From Carcharhinus longimanus (Eukaryota), in the NCBI GenBank assembly GCA_030264375.1, contig JASCQW010000032.1:70136581-70200580 (forward strand): DNA of 64,000 nt, given 5' to 3'. The notes under the pieces are model-generated. The model made no database searches. It was not told where the DNA came from and was given only the letters and a program-made list of their open reading frames with translations. The stretch's first letter is position 1; each line of letters starts with the position of its first letter. Made by a program: the position numbers and the translations under genes. This document shows, one piece after another, positions 47,191-59,330 of this stretch.

Positions 47191-48339
47191 GCCCAGGCAG
47201 GTAATAATTGAATGGAGAGATTGCATTCTCTAACTCTCAGGATAGGTCTGAGGACAAGCAAAAGAATCATCATTGGATTGTGCAGCCTCCATGGTGTGAG
47301 GCCCACTGTTTGGCCTGGCAGCTACGAGAGGTAGTGATGATTTAACGCAGAAGGTGCTTGGAAATATTCAAGTGGTTTCCACAGTGAAGCAAACAGAGTT
47401 AAAGGGTAGAATTTGACTCTTTTTCTGAACACTTCTTCTTCAGAAGAGGAGTGGGACAGATGTGCTCAGATGCTATTTTTTTCACTTGTGAGAGTCCTGA
47501 ATGAAGCACTGCTGACACAATAGTCCACAGAATGGAATAATGTGATCCCATCCTGCTGGTGTTCTGTTGTTTCAGCATCTGCTGTGGTTGTTGCCTTTTT
47601 CAAAGACTGCTGTCACCAAACGTGAATTTCCCATGGCACTGCCATCAATCTGATGTCTTTAAATCGCTTCTGACTGACTTCTGGTCCATAGCCTAATACT
47701 ACTCTTGCTGAAATATCATGCCCTACATCCCAGTTGGGTACGGAGCCCCCTTTACCAGTGCTAATCATTCAGCTGATGTTGGAGATGGGAGCAAGAGGGC
47801 CGCACACTTTCCATTCCACCTGCCTCATCCAGCTGGAAACCTTTGAGTAGCTTAGGAAGAAGTAAAATATAAGTTTCATCTTTTATTTTCTGAGAATATC
47901 AAAGACCCGTGAATACAGATGCCATTATTAATGTATTTCTGAATATAGGATGCAAGCAGGGTGAAATAAAGTTCCCAGTAAACTGGAGAGCACTGGGTAA
48001 TGAAGTCATTTTTGAGGTTGATGCGTGTAATTTAAGGAGCTCCATTTCTCTCTCTGTCTTTCCTTTGACCCAGGGTGAAGGGGTCCCCAGGACATCAAAG
48101 AATGCAAGTGGTTAGGGTGAAAAACATTTTAAGCAATTCTTAGGGTCGAATTCACGAACAACGACATGCTGTGCGTTATTTTCTCATTGCATTGGGCCTC
48201 CAGGGCACTTCCAGGAAGAAATTTAAACTGCATTGAGCTACACATCAGGGACCAGGGAAATCACTCTTCTTTCAACTGAATGAAGCCTGCTTAATGTGGA
48301 AACTTTGAAAATAGCCAGAAGCAGGAATTGCCTACAAGG

Positions 48340-48745
48340 GTAATCAAAGAAAGGTGGATCAGAGAGTGTCTCCTAAATGGTGAAAGGTCAGGAATTGTGG
48401 AAGAGCAGAGACTTAGGACTCCATGGACAGGAATTGCTAAAAGCTACAAAAAAAAAGAATGTTAACCTTTAACTCAATGGTGCCATGAAAGGGTAGAAGT
48501 TCTGTTCCCATTTTATGGATCGATAGAATCTGGTTTATTGCATTCACTTCAGGGCATCACACGTCATGGAGGATGTATTGGCCTTTAAAGATGCAGTGCA
48601 AATTCACCAGAATAATGCTGCAATAATTTCAAAATGAGATTGCTAAGATTTTTGTACAGCTAGGGCATTAAGGACATGGCACCAAGAAGGTTAAATAGAG
48701 TTATGATATAGATCAGCTATGATCTAATTGTGAAGCTGATTCCTC
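48340..48745 (+). mobile_element. Highly degenerate CR1 3' portion
   Basis: GAGACTTAGG (RDLG), GTGCAAATTCACCAGAATAAT and GATCAGCTATGATCTAATT remnants. Confidence 0.55.
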
Positions 48746-48767
48746 CTCTTCTGTCTTGGGGAGAATA

Positions 48768-48990
48768 ATAAGAAGTCTCACAACACTAGGTTAAAGTTCA
48801 ACAGGTTTATCTGGAATCACAAGCTTTCAAAGCACTGCTCCTTCATCAGGTGAGATGAAGGTGGGTCATCACCTTAATGAAGGAGCAGCACTCTAAGCTC
48901 ATGATTCCAAAAAAACCTGTTGGATTTTAACCTGGTGTTGTGAGACTTCTTACTGTGCTTACTCCAGTCCAACATTGGCATCTCCACATC
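48768..48990. mobile_element. Palindromic Penelope-derived mini-element with hammerhead motif and 14-bp TSD
   Basis: Inverted arms of ~84 bp at 48769-48853 and 48869-48952. Flanks are TCTTGGGGAGAATA (48754) and TCTTGAAGAGAATA (48989). Confidence 0.8.
48817..48853 (-). ncRNA. Putative minimal type I hammerhead ribozyme motif
   Basis: The minus strand reads UCAC-CUGAUGA-A-GGAGC-AGU-GCUUU-GAA-AGCU-U-GUGA. It has both conserved boxes, stem I UCAC/GUGA, stem II with two G-U pairs, and palindromic AGCU in place of stem III. Confidence 0.6.
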
Positions 48991-49084
48991 TTGAAGAGAA
49001 TAGAGTTGGAAATCCAACTAAGTTGAGGTAAGTGCCATCCACAGAGAAAATCTGCGCTGCAAAGATGACTCATTCATCTGCAAG

Positions 49085-49262
49085 AAGAACAGAAAATGCT
49101 GGAAACATTGAGAGGTCAGGCAACACTGTGGAAAAAGAAGCAGAATTAACATTTCAGTTTGATGACCTTTCATAGAACGTGTCGTGTTCTATGTTCATAG
49201 AACATAGAAAAGTCACCTATCTGAAGTGTAATTGAACTTGCTGATTGTTTTCTCTCCCATTT
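49085..49262. mobile_element. Degenerate inverted Penelope-like fragments (second family)
   Basis: AACAGAAAATGCTGGAAAC...GATGACCTTTCA, followed by an eroded inverted arm. Central hairpin TTCTATGTTC-ATA-GAACATAGAA. Confidence 0.55.
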
Positions 49263-49274
49263 TTCACATTTAGG

Positions 49275-49850
49275 ATCCTGGGATATATTAATAGAAATAT
49301 GAAGTTATGAAGAATCTTCATTAAGCACTTTTAGCCTTATCTGTATTGTTTCCAGTTTAGGACCACCACACTTTAGGAAGGACGTGAAGGTATTAGTGTG
49401 TGTGTAGAAAAAGATTTAAGAGGATGGTTCCAAGGGTGAGAGACTTCAGCTACGTGGATAGATTGGAGACACTAGGCCCGTTCTCCTTTGGAGAAAGAAA
49501 GGTCGAAAAGAGATTTCATTGATGTGTTCAAAATCCTGAGGGGTCCTGACAGAGTAGATGTGGAGAAACAATTCTATTAACATGAGTCGAGAATCGGAGG
49601 ACAGTGATTTAAGGTAATGCAAAAGAACCAAAGCTGACATGAGGAAAAACTTTTTCATGTAGCAAGTTATTAGGATCCAGAATGCACTGCCTGAAGCTTG
49701 ATTCATCATGGTTTTCCAAAGAGAATTGTGTATTTAACTGAAGAGATAAAGAAATCCAGAAATTTGAGGGATAGAGAGAAAAGGCAAGGAATTGGAACTT
49801 GCCAAGAAATGGGTACAGACTTTGTGTTTTCACCATTCTACAATTCTATG
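49275..49850 (+). mobile_element. CR1 3' portion
   Basis: HFRKDVK, LFSFGERK, DMRKNFF and (W)NALPE remnants, ending CAATTCTATGA. Confidence 0.8.
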
Positions 49851-50985
49851 ACCCTAACATTCACTGTATTTTGTTTTAACCCATTAGTGGGTTATGGTTA
49901 ATTGCCTTGTTTCTCTCATTTGGGATTCCCTGCTGTAGCCATTCAAGATTTAATTATCTGGGTTTCAAGCTCTGTATTTATGCCACAGCTCTTTTATCAT
50001 AATCTCATTCATCAACTGACCATTTTTCTTCTTTTATGCATGTAAGCACGCTGAAGCCAAATGCTTCTACTTCTGCTTGTTTGTTTATAACCTTCTTTGA
50101 TTGGAGTACGTATTTTCTCCCTGAACTGTCTGCTTGTTTAATGAAAAACAGTTACCATGTCTGAATTGTTGACCAATCTAAGTCTTTGAATAGAGGCAGA
50201 CACTGTGGTCATGTAAATGGGCAGATACAATGGGCACAGTTATTACATTTCCCTAAAAGCAAGGTAGACCAACTTCTTGCAATCTGTGTTTTTTAAAATT
50301 ATTTTATGAGATGTAGGGATCACTGACTGGCATCCATAATTGCCCTGCAAAAGGTGATGGTAAATTGCATTCTTAAATTGCTATTGTCCATGTGGTGTAG
50401 ATGCACCCACAGTGCTATTAAGAAAGCATTTTGACATAACAATGAAGGTTTCATTCAGGAACACCTTGGCGGTATTCCCAAGTATATGCTGCCCTTGTCC
50501 TTCTAGGTGGTGATGAGTTTGAAAAGTGGTGTCAAATGAACTGTGATAGTTTACTGCAGTGTATCTCGGAGATGGCACACATTGCTGCCACTGTGCACTG
50601 GTGGTAGAGCGACTGGATATTTATGGTGATGGATGGGGTGTCGNNNNNNNNNNNNNTGATATCAAGCTTCTTGAGTGTTATTGGAGCTGCACTCATCCAG
50701 GCAAGTGGAGAGTAAGTCTTTACACTCCTGATTTATGTCCTGCAGATAGTGGGCAAGCACATGGGAGTCAGGAGGTGAATTATTCAATGCAGGATTCCCA
50801 ATCTCTGACTAGTTCTTTGCACTGTTAATATAACTGATCCAATTCAATTTCTGGTCAATGGTAATCCCCAGGATTTTGATAGTAGGGGTTCAGTGATTGT
50901 AACGCTGTAAAGAGTAGATGGTTAGATTTTCTTTTGACTGAGATGGTCATTGCTTGGCACTTGTGTCATACACATGTTATCCAGG

Positions 50986-51310
50986 TCATAGAATCCCTAC
51001 AGTGCAGAAGGAGGCCATTTGGCTCCTCAAATCTGCACCAACTCTGCAAAAGGGCATCTTATCCAGGCCCTATCCCCGTAACCCCACGTATTTATTTCAC
51101 TAAACCCTCTAACCTTGGGACTTTAAGGGGCAATTTAGCATGGCCAATTAACCTAACCTGCACATCTTTGGACTGTGGGAGGAAACTGGAGCACCCAGAA
51201 GAAATCCCTGTAGACACGGGGAGTATATTGCAAATTATATACAGTCACCCAAGGCCGGAATTGAACCCCAGGCTCCTGGAGCTGTGCAGCAGCAGTGCTA
51301 ACCACTGTAT
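50986..51310 (-). mobile_element. V-SINE, tail type B
   Basis: TCATAGAATCCCTACAGTGCAGAAGGAGGCCA ... AGCAGTGCTAACCACTGT. Confidence 0.9.
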
Positions 51311-51336
51311 CTGAGGAGTCTGAAGTGGAATATTTC

Positions 51337-51897
51337 TGGCTTGGGTCACTGACTATGTGGAGTTTGCAGATTCTCCCTGTGTCTGCGTGGGTTTCCTCCT
51401 GGTGCTCCGGTTTCCTCCCACAGTCCAAAAATGTGAGGGTTCGGTGAATTGGCCATGCTAAATTGTTCCTTCGTGTTCAGGGATGCATAGGTTAGAGGGA
51501 TTAGTGGGGTGAATGGGTGGGATTAAAAGTTAAAGTTTATTTAATTGCCACAAGTAAGGCTTACATTAGCACTGCAATGAAGTTACTGTGAAATTCCTCT
51601 AGTCGCCACAGTCCAGCGTTTATTCACGCCAATGCACCTAATCAGCATGTCTATCAGAATGTGGGAGGAAACCAGAGCACCTGGAGGAAACCCATGCAGA
51701 ATATGGGGAGAATATGGAAATTCCACACAGACAGAGAACCAAGCTGGGAGTCGAACTGGGTCCCTGGCACTGTGAAGCAGCAGTGCTAACCACTGTGCTA
51801 CCTTGCCGCCTCCGATTGTGAGGTTAGAGCCTAGTGGGATTGTTGTCAGTGCAGACTCAATGGGCCAAATGGCCCATTGCTGTAGAGTTTCTATTAT
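51337..51897 (+). mobile_element. Headless V-SINE (type B) split by another SINE
   Basis: Core at 51337-51525. The tail resumes at ~51812-51897 (GTCAGTGCAGACTCAATGGGCC...TTTCTAT). Confidence 0.8.
51527..51810 (-). mobile_element. V-SINE, tail type A, nested in the preceding SINE
   Basis: AAAGTTTATTT..CACAAGTAAGGCTTACATT..GTTACTGTGAAA ... AGTGCTAACCACTGTGCTACC. Confidence 0.9.
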
Positions 51898-54459
51898 TTG
51901 GGGAGGACATTGATGAAGCAGCTGAAGATGCCTGGGCCTAGGTCACTACACTGAGGAACTCCTGCAACCATGTCCTGGGGCTAAGATGATTAACCTTCCA
52001 TAATTCCAATCATTTTCCTTTGTGTTGGTATGACTTCAACCAGCGAGAATTTGCCCCTTTGATTCCAATTGACTTCAGTTTTGCTAATGCCATTTCATGC
52101 CACATTCAGTCAAATGCTGTCTTGACATCAAGTGCAGTCACTCCCATTTCACCTCTTGAATTTCCAAAGTCATTTCCTGCCATAGTATTTCCAAATAATA
52201 AACATCAGTTATTTTACAGGTGAATGCCGATACTTTTCACCATATTTTATTACAGCATACTCAATGAGACGTTCCTCTATAAAATGCATTTCCTCAGAGT
52301 TGATCACATTAAATTCAAGCCACTGTCGATAGCTTCTGTTTAAATTTTAAAAGGTATAAGTTCATTTCCTCGAGTTTCTCCCAGTTAAAAGACAGCACCT
52401 TTAATGACAATTTTACCATTATTTTTAAGTGCACAGTAGTGTGATTGATGTTTGATTATTAATAAGTCAAACACAAAAAAAATCAAAGTTATGATTGTAA
52501 AATTGCTGATGTGGTTAAGGAAGGGTTAATTGATGTACAATATGGTTATTGGCCATGATTAATGGAGCTTCAATTCTCATCACTTGAGCTCCTTTTAACA
52601 ATATAATAAGGACAAAAAAAAACCAAAGCAACACTTCAGAGTATTACTTTGTTGAGTAATTTGTTAATAGTCAGAAAAAATGCCTACAGCTGGATGCACA
52701 CATGTTTTTTTTAGTATTCAGACAGTAAACGTGGAGTCTTTTGCTTAATGTATAGAATCAGACTTCACTTAAGCACTGAAATTACAGGTGATATACAGAT
52801 TTAAATCATAGGGCTGGCTTGTGGAAGAAAATTGTTCTAATGATGGGTCTGGGATCTGGATGCAGCTTTCTGTGTGATGGGTAGTTAAGGCATCGGAAGG
52901 CAGCTGCACCTGCCTCTGTGCAGCTACACAGCACTTAATGATATCTGATGATATCATTAGCCAAAGTGTTCATAAACAGATGTTGAGATGGTGCTTAAAT
53001 GCTGTCAGCTGAGCTGATGGCTGCCTGAAACAGTATTATTTATATAGAACATTTACGTTTGTTATGTTAATAACCCTGCTATTAGCTGTTGTGATGTTGT
53101 GGTAGGAATATAAATGCAGTCAATGGGAACAAGAACATCTTTATTCCTGTTGGTGAAGTTTACTGTGCCATTAGGAGACAAATTAACAACTAACTAATTA
53201 GAATAAGCCTTTAAATGATGTCAGAGTTTGAAGTTAACTTTTGGGACCATTAACAGTTTGTTATTTTCCCTAAAAGAAAATTGCCCATTGTTCAATTTGT
53301 GGGAAAAGAAAATTACATTTTTCATCCTAGGATTTCTACTTGAATCTTTTTCAATTTGCTGTTCTTTTACCCTTTTCCATGTCATCGCAATGCTGGTTGA
53401 TCACCCTTCATTTTATTTTTGCATTTGATAGGTGGCTTTACAGACAGGTTTCTTTCCTGCCATGAGTCTCCCCCCATTTATCTGATGCTGGCCTAAACAT
53501 GTTTGTGTGCTCCAGTGGCTGGGCTTTTTAGCGGCCCACACATCCTGGAATGGCATTTGACTCCAGAACTTTCTAGCTTCGAGGCAGAAGAGTTACCCAC
53601 TCAGCCACACCATTTGCTGTTCCTCGTCATTGATGACAGGGTTCTTCATTATTTAATGCTCGTTAGTAGGTAATTTGAAAAAAGAATCTTGCTCTTCACA
53701 ATGTTCCCACACCTAAATTCTCACAGTAAGCATTGATATGTAACTCTTCAGGTTCACTGCGGTTGATTTAATACATAATACAAGCCAATAATTTCAATTA
53801 CTGTTGTAAACCACATACAAGAGCTCACATTCAAATGGACAGCTTTATGGGGAAACAAAACACTCTCAATATAGAAAACCTTGTTATTCTTATAGAGGAG
53901 TGTTTCAGTCAGCTGGGTTGGATAAAACTGGTTACTTTATACCTTTAATATGCTTGTTTTACCACCAATTCACTCACATCACCTTAAAATATAGCCTTGC
54001 AGGATATCAATCCAACCTTAACTCTGGTAACTAAGTTTTACTTTAGTTTTTTTATGCTTTGATTTACATGCTTGAAATGACTAATTGGTATCACACAGGG
54101 CATTCACATATTCTCAAATATATATACCATAACGCCACCNNNNNNNNNNNNNNNNNNNNNNNNNNNNNNNNNNNNNNNNNNNNNNNNNNNNNNNNNNNNN
54201 NNNNNNNNNNNNNNNNNNNNNNNNNNNNNNNNNNNNNNNTTCTCAAATATATAGACCATAACCCCACCCTGCACACCCCCCCCACCCCATTTCCAAGTCT
54301 GAAAATGTATTGTTCAGAAAGAACAGTTGGCCCAGTTGTCCATACATCCTTTGAGTAGACCCAAGCAACTCAGACTCACCACAAGACTGTTTAATCCAGT
54401 ACTTTGGGAACATTAACATGGAAAATGCAGTAGTTGGACAAGTAAAACAATATTAATTA

Positions 54460-54500
54460 CAGATTTGTATTTTTTATCGCTTTTTTTTCAGGTAAGTATT
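54460..54500 (+). other. Recursive-splice-site-like motif (3'ss fused to 5'ss)
   Basis: TTTGTATTTTTTATCGCTTTTTTTTCAG|GTAAGTAT, in unique sequence. Confidence 0.35.
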
Positions 54501-55331
54501 TATATCTTCAGATGTTTTTTGGTTCACACAATTGTAGTGAAGAATTCTAACATCATTCCATAATCCAGAAAATGTTAGAAATGACTTAGCCCCAGACATC
54601 CTGAACAGGAATAGTACATAGCTAAAAGTGCATCAGGGCTGGTAAATGTATCCAATTGTAAGTCTTTATGTGCTGAGCTTTTTATTCATCCCTTATGGTG
54701 TGCCTGGCCAGGGACTTGGTCCTTATTTGCAATGCTGATTGCATCTATACTGTACCACCAATGTAATGGGAATATATGAACATTCTTGAAAACTGTTACC
54801 ACCCCTTAGACTGTATTTTTTCTCTCCTCCCACTTTCACTCTTTGACCTGAGCTCATTATTTACTATCTGATAAATACTCATTATTTACTATCTGGTAAG
54901 ATATTTGGACACCACCGAAATTCAAGTTGTTTTACCAGCGAGTTTATTGTAATCAGTTTTTTGAGGCACCACCAAAAGTAGCCATCACACTGAGGAAAAC
55001 CTGAAAACAAAGTATGGACATTGAGAAAAAGATAGCACACTACTTATTTTCATTTGAGAAATTTATTCATGGCACCATGTTATGGAGTTACATGTCATAC
55101 CATTCAAATGTTTCACTTTCAAATTTCACCTGGATTGGATGTTGCCCATCAGATGCGATCTATATATTTTTCAAGCTTATTGTCTCCGCATGCGGGGAGG
55201 TTTTTTTGAACACGGACAGCAAATGTTAGTTATTTAGACTGGTTCACGTTGCATCAGATGCTTTATCCAAGAAGATGCGATGTTGTTTCGAGTTAAAAGT
55301 TAATTTAAAAAAAATGCACCAGTGCAGATTT

Positions 55332-55459
55332 GGGCCGGAATTTTACAGGCATGCCCGCCCCAATTCCGGGGGACAGGCAAGACTTGGAGAATAGCTTCTT
55401 CATTGGCCTCGCGCGGGATCGTACCAACCTCGGGTGGATGTGCCGGTAAAATTCCGCCC
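55332..55459 (-). mobile_element. MITE copy
   Basis: GGGCCGGAATTTTAC...GTAAAATTCCGCCC, near-perfect TIRs. Confidence 0.75.
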
Positions 55460-57193
55460 ATGATCAATGGTTACAGTATATAGTGTGTGTTTTAATTAAC
55501 CTTTGAAGTCGGATTCTTAGAGAAGATTTGAAGGCCCATCTAAAATTGCATTCATAGATGTGCACTCTTCTGGTGCACTGGATTCTTGAATTACAAGTTG
55601 AGTGCAAAACTGTTTGGACCGCGTCCAAAGTACCCAGTTAATCATCTCAGCTTGTAACAGCATAATATCAACATAAAAGTAATCAATACGTTTGTACTTT
55701 AAGGCATCATGACGCAACATGGTGACATGCCATATAGATATGTGCTATCGTCAAAGCTGTAGTTCATTTCCAAAGCTACCAGGACAAACAAGAAAGATTC
55801 AGTGAGAAACAGATTTTGCTTATCATTGGTTTAATAGAGTCTGGTAGGGAATGTGTTCAATGGCTGAGAAAGAATATTACCAGCATCTTTAATGGGACCT
55901 TGTGCAGCATCCTATTTCACATCTTTACACATTTATTCAGAAGCCACTTGGCAAATATTATTAAAATAAGTAATAATTAAGCCTATTATGTCACTCACTT
56001 AATTATTATATAAATATTGAAAAAGTGTTTCTTTTTTTGTCTGGATGTCCTCCTCCAAAGGTTGCTCTCCAGGAGAACACAATTTGACTCACAAAATGAT
56101 GGGAGTGGAAAATGTAATTTAAAAAGAGGTTCAAACCTCAGCTGACATTTAACTTAAAACCCTATACTTAATTTAAATCATAATTAGCTTGTAAAATCCT
56201 AAAAATAAGGCCTCACTAGTAACTTTTACAATAAGGCATATTAATGAATAAAGCACAGTGAAATATATTTTAAGGCAATTGTTTAACAGTTTTTTTCAAT
56301 ACTGAAAATCATAATCTTGAACAAGGCAATTAATGTGACAATGACTGTTTAAAACTGCAGTTGGGAATTTGGTTTGATGCAAAGTGGTCAAAAATTGTCA
56401 CTTTCAATTAATATTCCACCATTATATCCTTGGAGAATCATTTACTGTAAATGAAGAGGGTTACGTTATGTTGGCTTTTTAAAATTTTGTTAAGTGCCAC
56501 AATGTCGCACTGCTTTTCTCGTGTCCCCAATAAAACTGGAACAGTAAGTATCAGTTATCAATACGTCCTATTTATATTAGCTGGCCTTTCAATCATGGCT
56601 TATTTTAATTAACAGAAAATCCACCTCTTCCATTCACACAAGTCCCTCAGTGCTTCACGTCCATATCATTTAGCCGCTTAGCAACTAACCATTAAAGTCT
56701 TATATTATCATGTTACCTTATCAATATATATATATTACATATTTTTGAAGCCAGTCAGTTAATTTATGGCTTCATGAGCTTATTATACTTGATTTACTTT
56801 TTTTTCCAAAGTCACCATTTAAGTGCTTCTAAAATGGAAATTATGCTTTTGAAAGAATTCCAGCTAAGTTGGAGTAATTGTATTTATCTATGGACGTTGC
56901 ATCATTTATTCTTGTCATCTCTACACAAATTCGGATGGAAAGAAACAAAGTATTTGAATGCTGATAAGTCCACTTCCTACATGCAGACTGTGCCCAGAGC
57001 TCTCAGCAGATGGCTGACGAACACTGTATGCATTTTCTGAGAAACACACATTCCCAAAAGCAAACAGGTAAAGCGTGTGCAGGTTATCAGGTGCCACCTC
57101 AATTCAATTTTTAAGCATTCTAGTTTATCACTTCACTAATGGGTTTCACATTGTTGGATGTAGTTCATTTGTGCAAAAGTAAAACTGATAATT

Positions 57194-57494
57194 GGGTGGC
57201 ACGGTGGCACAGTGATTAGCACTGCTGCCTCAGAGTGCCAGGGACCGGGTTCGATTTCTGGCTTGGGTCACTGTCTGTGCGGAATCTGCATGATTTCCTT
57301 GTGTCTAAAAGGTTTCCTCCTGGTGCTCGGGTTTCCTCCCAGTGTCCGAAAGATGTTCTGGTTAGGTGCATTGACAATGCTAAATGCTCCCTCAGTGTAC
57401 CCGAACAGGTACCGGAATGTGGCGATTAGGGGATTTTCACAGTAACATTATCGCAGTGTTAATGTAAGCCTACTTGTGACGCCAATAAATAAAC
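57194..57494 (+). mobile_element. V-SINE, tail type A
   Basis: GGGTGGCACGGTGGCACAGTG...GGTTCGATT...GCCTACTTGTGACGCCAATAAATAAAC. Confidence 0.92.
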
Positions 57495-58129
57495 TATAAA
57501 ATTTAAACCGGAAAATAATTCACTCGTTCTAAGGTTGGAAAATAAATTTCCGCAGGTGATGAGCATGTTACTGTTTCAAACAACTAGGTCATTTAGCCTT
57601 TGTTCCATGTTAATTGCTTAAGCTTGTAACAGTGGCAACACTATAAGTTTGATAAATTTGTCTGAACTGCACTTAAACTGTGGCTATTAAAAGAAGTACA
57701 AGGGAGTTATGAGAAGTATAAGCGAAATGTTAAAGCAGCACTAAAAGGTTGATAGATGAAATACATAGTATCTCAAATTCAAAGCAGAAAAAAAATTAGA
57801 GAATAGTATTTTATCTTTTTAATAAAATGATGATACCTTTCCAATTTAGAGACATAAGACTATATCTTGTATAATATATTAATATATTATCTAAAGTGAA
57901 TGGCATTGTTAATCACAGTCACACCCAGAATGACTTAGCTTCTGTGCGCTGAATGTTAATTTTGCAAAACATTAATTTTCAAGATTTTGCAGCAGTGAAA
58001 CTGTAATTAAATATTAATGTCACATGTTATTGCAGTACCACATTTATGAGAACTTACCATGCTTGCTCTCAACTAATCAGTTTTCATATTTATGGATACA
58101 CCACAACTCAAAAAGCTTCTAATGGGCTA

Positions 58130-58446
58130 GGGCAACACGGTGGCACAGTGGTTAGCACTGCTGCTTCACAGCGCCAGGGACTTGGGTTCAATTCTGGCCT
58201 TGGGTGACCGTCTATATGGAGTTTGCATGTTCTCCCTGTGCCTGTATGAGTTTCCCCCAGATGCTCCAGTTTCCTCCCACATTCCAAAGATGTGTCGGCT
58301 AAGTTGATTGGCCATGATAAAGTGTCCCTTAGTATTAGGGCGATTAGCAGGATAAATAAGTAGGACTAGGGGGATAGGGCCTGGGTGGGGTTATTGTCAG
58401 TGTAGCTTCAATGGGCCAAATTACACTATAGTAATTCTATTATTCT
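58130..58446 (+). mobile_element. V-SINE, tail type B
   Basis: GGGCAACACGGTGGCACAGTGGTTAGC...AATTCTATTATTCTA. Confidence 0.92.
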
Positions 58447-59330
58447 AAAGCATACACATTCTCCTGGACTACCTTGCAGCAGAAATGTTTATTCAACAGT
58501 GTTAAAAAAGATTTTTTTAGAAGTTTTACTCTTAACACTGTTTATGTTTTAAATGTTGCCTCTTATTTCTAAAACTATATTGTTCATATAGTATACAGAT
58601 GCACCTGATACTGTTCTAGTGCAGCTATGTAGGAGAAGTTTAGTTCGAATGGTTCTTTTTAAAAAAATGTTAAAAAAGGTCCTTATGTGCTTGAAGAGAT
58701 CGGTAGCCTCAGTAAATTAGTACTGGTATGTTGCTGGTTTTGTGTTACAGTTTCAAAGTCGCTTAGCTGAAATAGTTATGCTTTTCATTCCTTCCTAAAT
58801 TTGCTGTTCAGTTTTCAATTAACAGTGTGAGAACGGTCAGCTTCAGTTAAGTTCATACCCTATTGAAGTACATTGATTCCTAACAGCTCTTAATTTCTCT
58901 GTGAGGTTCTGTTAACTTTGTAATAAAACTAATTTTCTCTTCAGTCATTGTTTTGTCATAAACAATTCACACGTAGGCAGGAAATCAATGACTCTATCCT
59001 CACATATATAAAGGTTAATTCAACTGTTCCTCAGAATTATCATTATTCATTATCCATGATCATTGAATATGTCGTTCTTATGTGGTCTTATAGGCCAATT
59101 GTATGGGTCTGGTTCCTGCAGCACAGTGATATGAGCCAGTTACACCAAGTGACTGCACTTATGGATTTACACCAATCTTTGTTCTGGAAACATTGAGATT
59201 TGTAAATGTTTAATTACATGAATACAATCAATATTGCTTTTTTCTAATTGTAGCAATAAACTTGCAGAGTTTGATTTTGCCAACAAGAAGAAAACTTAAA
59301 ATAAAGATTTTTAAACAAATGGAATTCAAT

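Larger units (their letters stand above)
45105..47330 (+). mobile_element. Fossil PIF/Harbinger DNA transposon (left terminus plus transposase), interrupted by a SINE and a CR1
   Basis: The left terminus GGGCTGGATTTTAC at 45105 matches the MITE terminus, and a transposase remnant lies downstream. I could not identify the right end. Confidence 0.6.
50295..52160 (-). mobile_element. CR1-group LINE (32675 family), interrupted by a SINE cluster
   Basis: 50295-50980 is antisense-homologous to 32675-33215. Homology-type text resumes at ~51900. Confidence 0.7.

Noticed and set aside
54853-54896. Tandem duplication of CTCATTATTTACTATCTG
   Set aside because: An ordinary two-copy slippage or repair duplication with no further structure.
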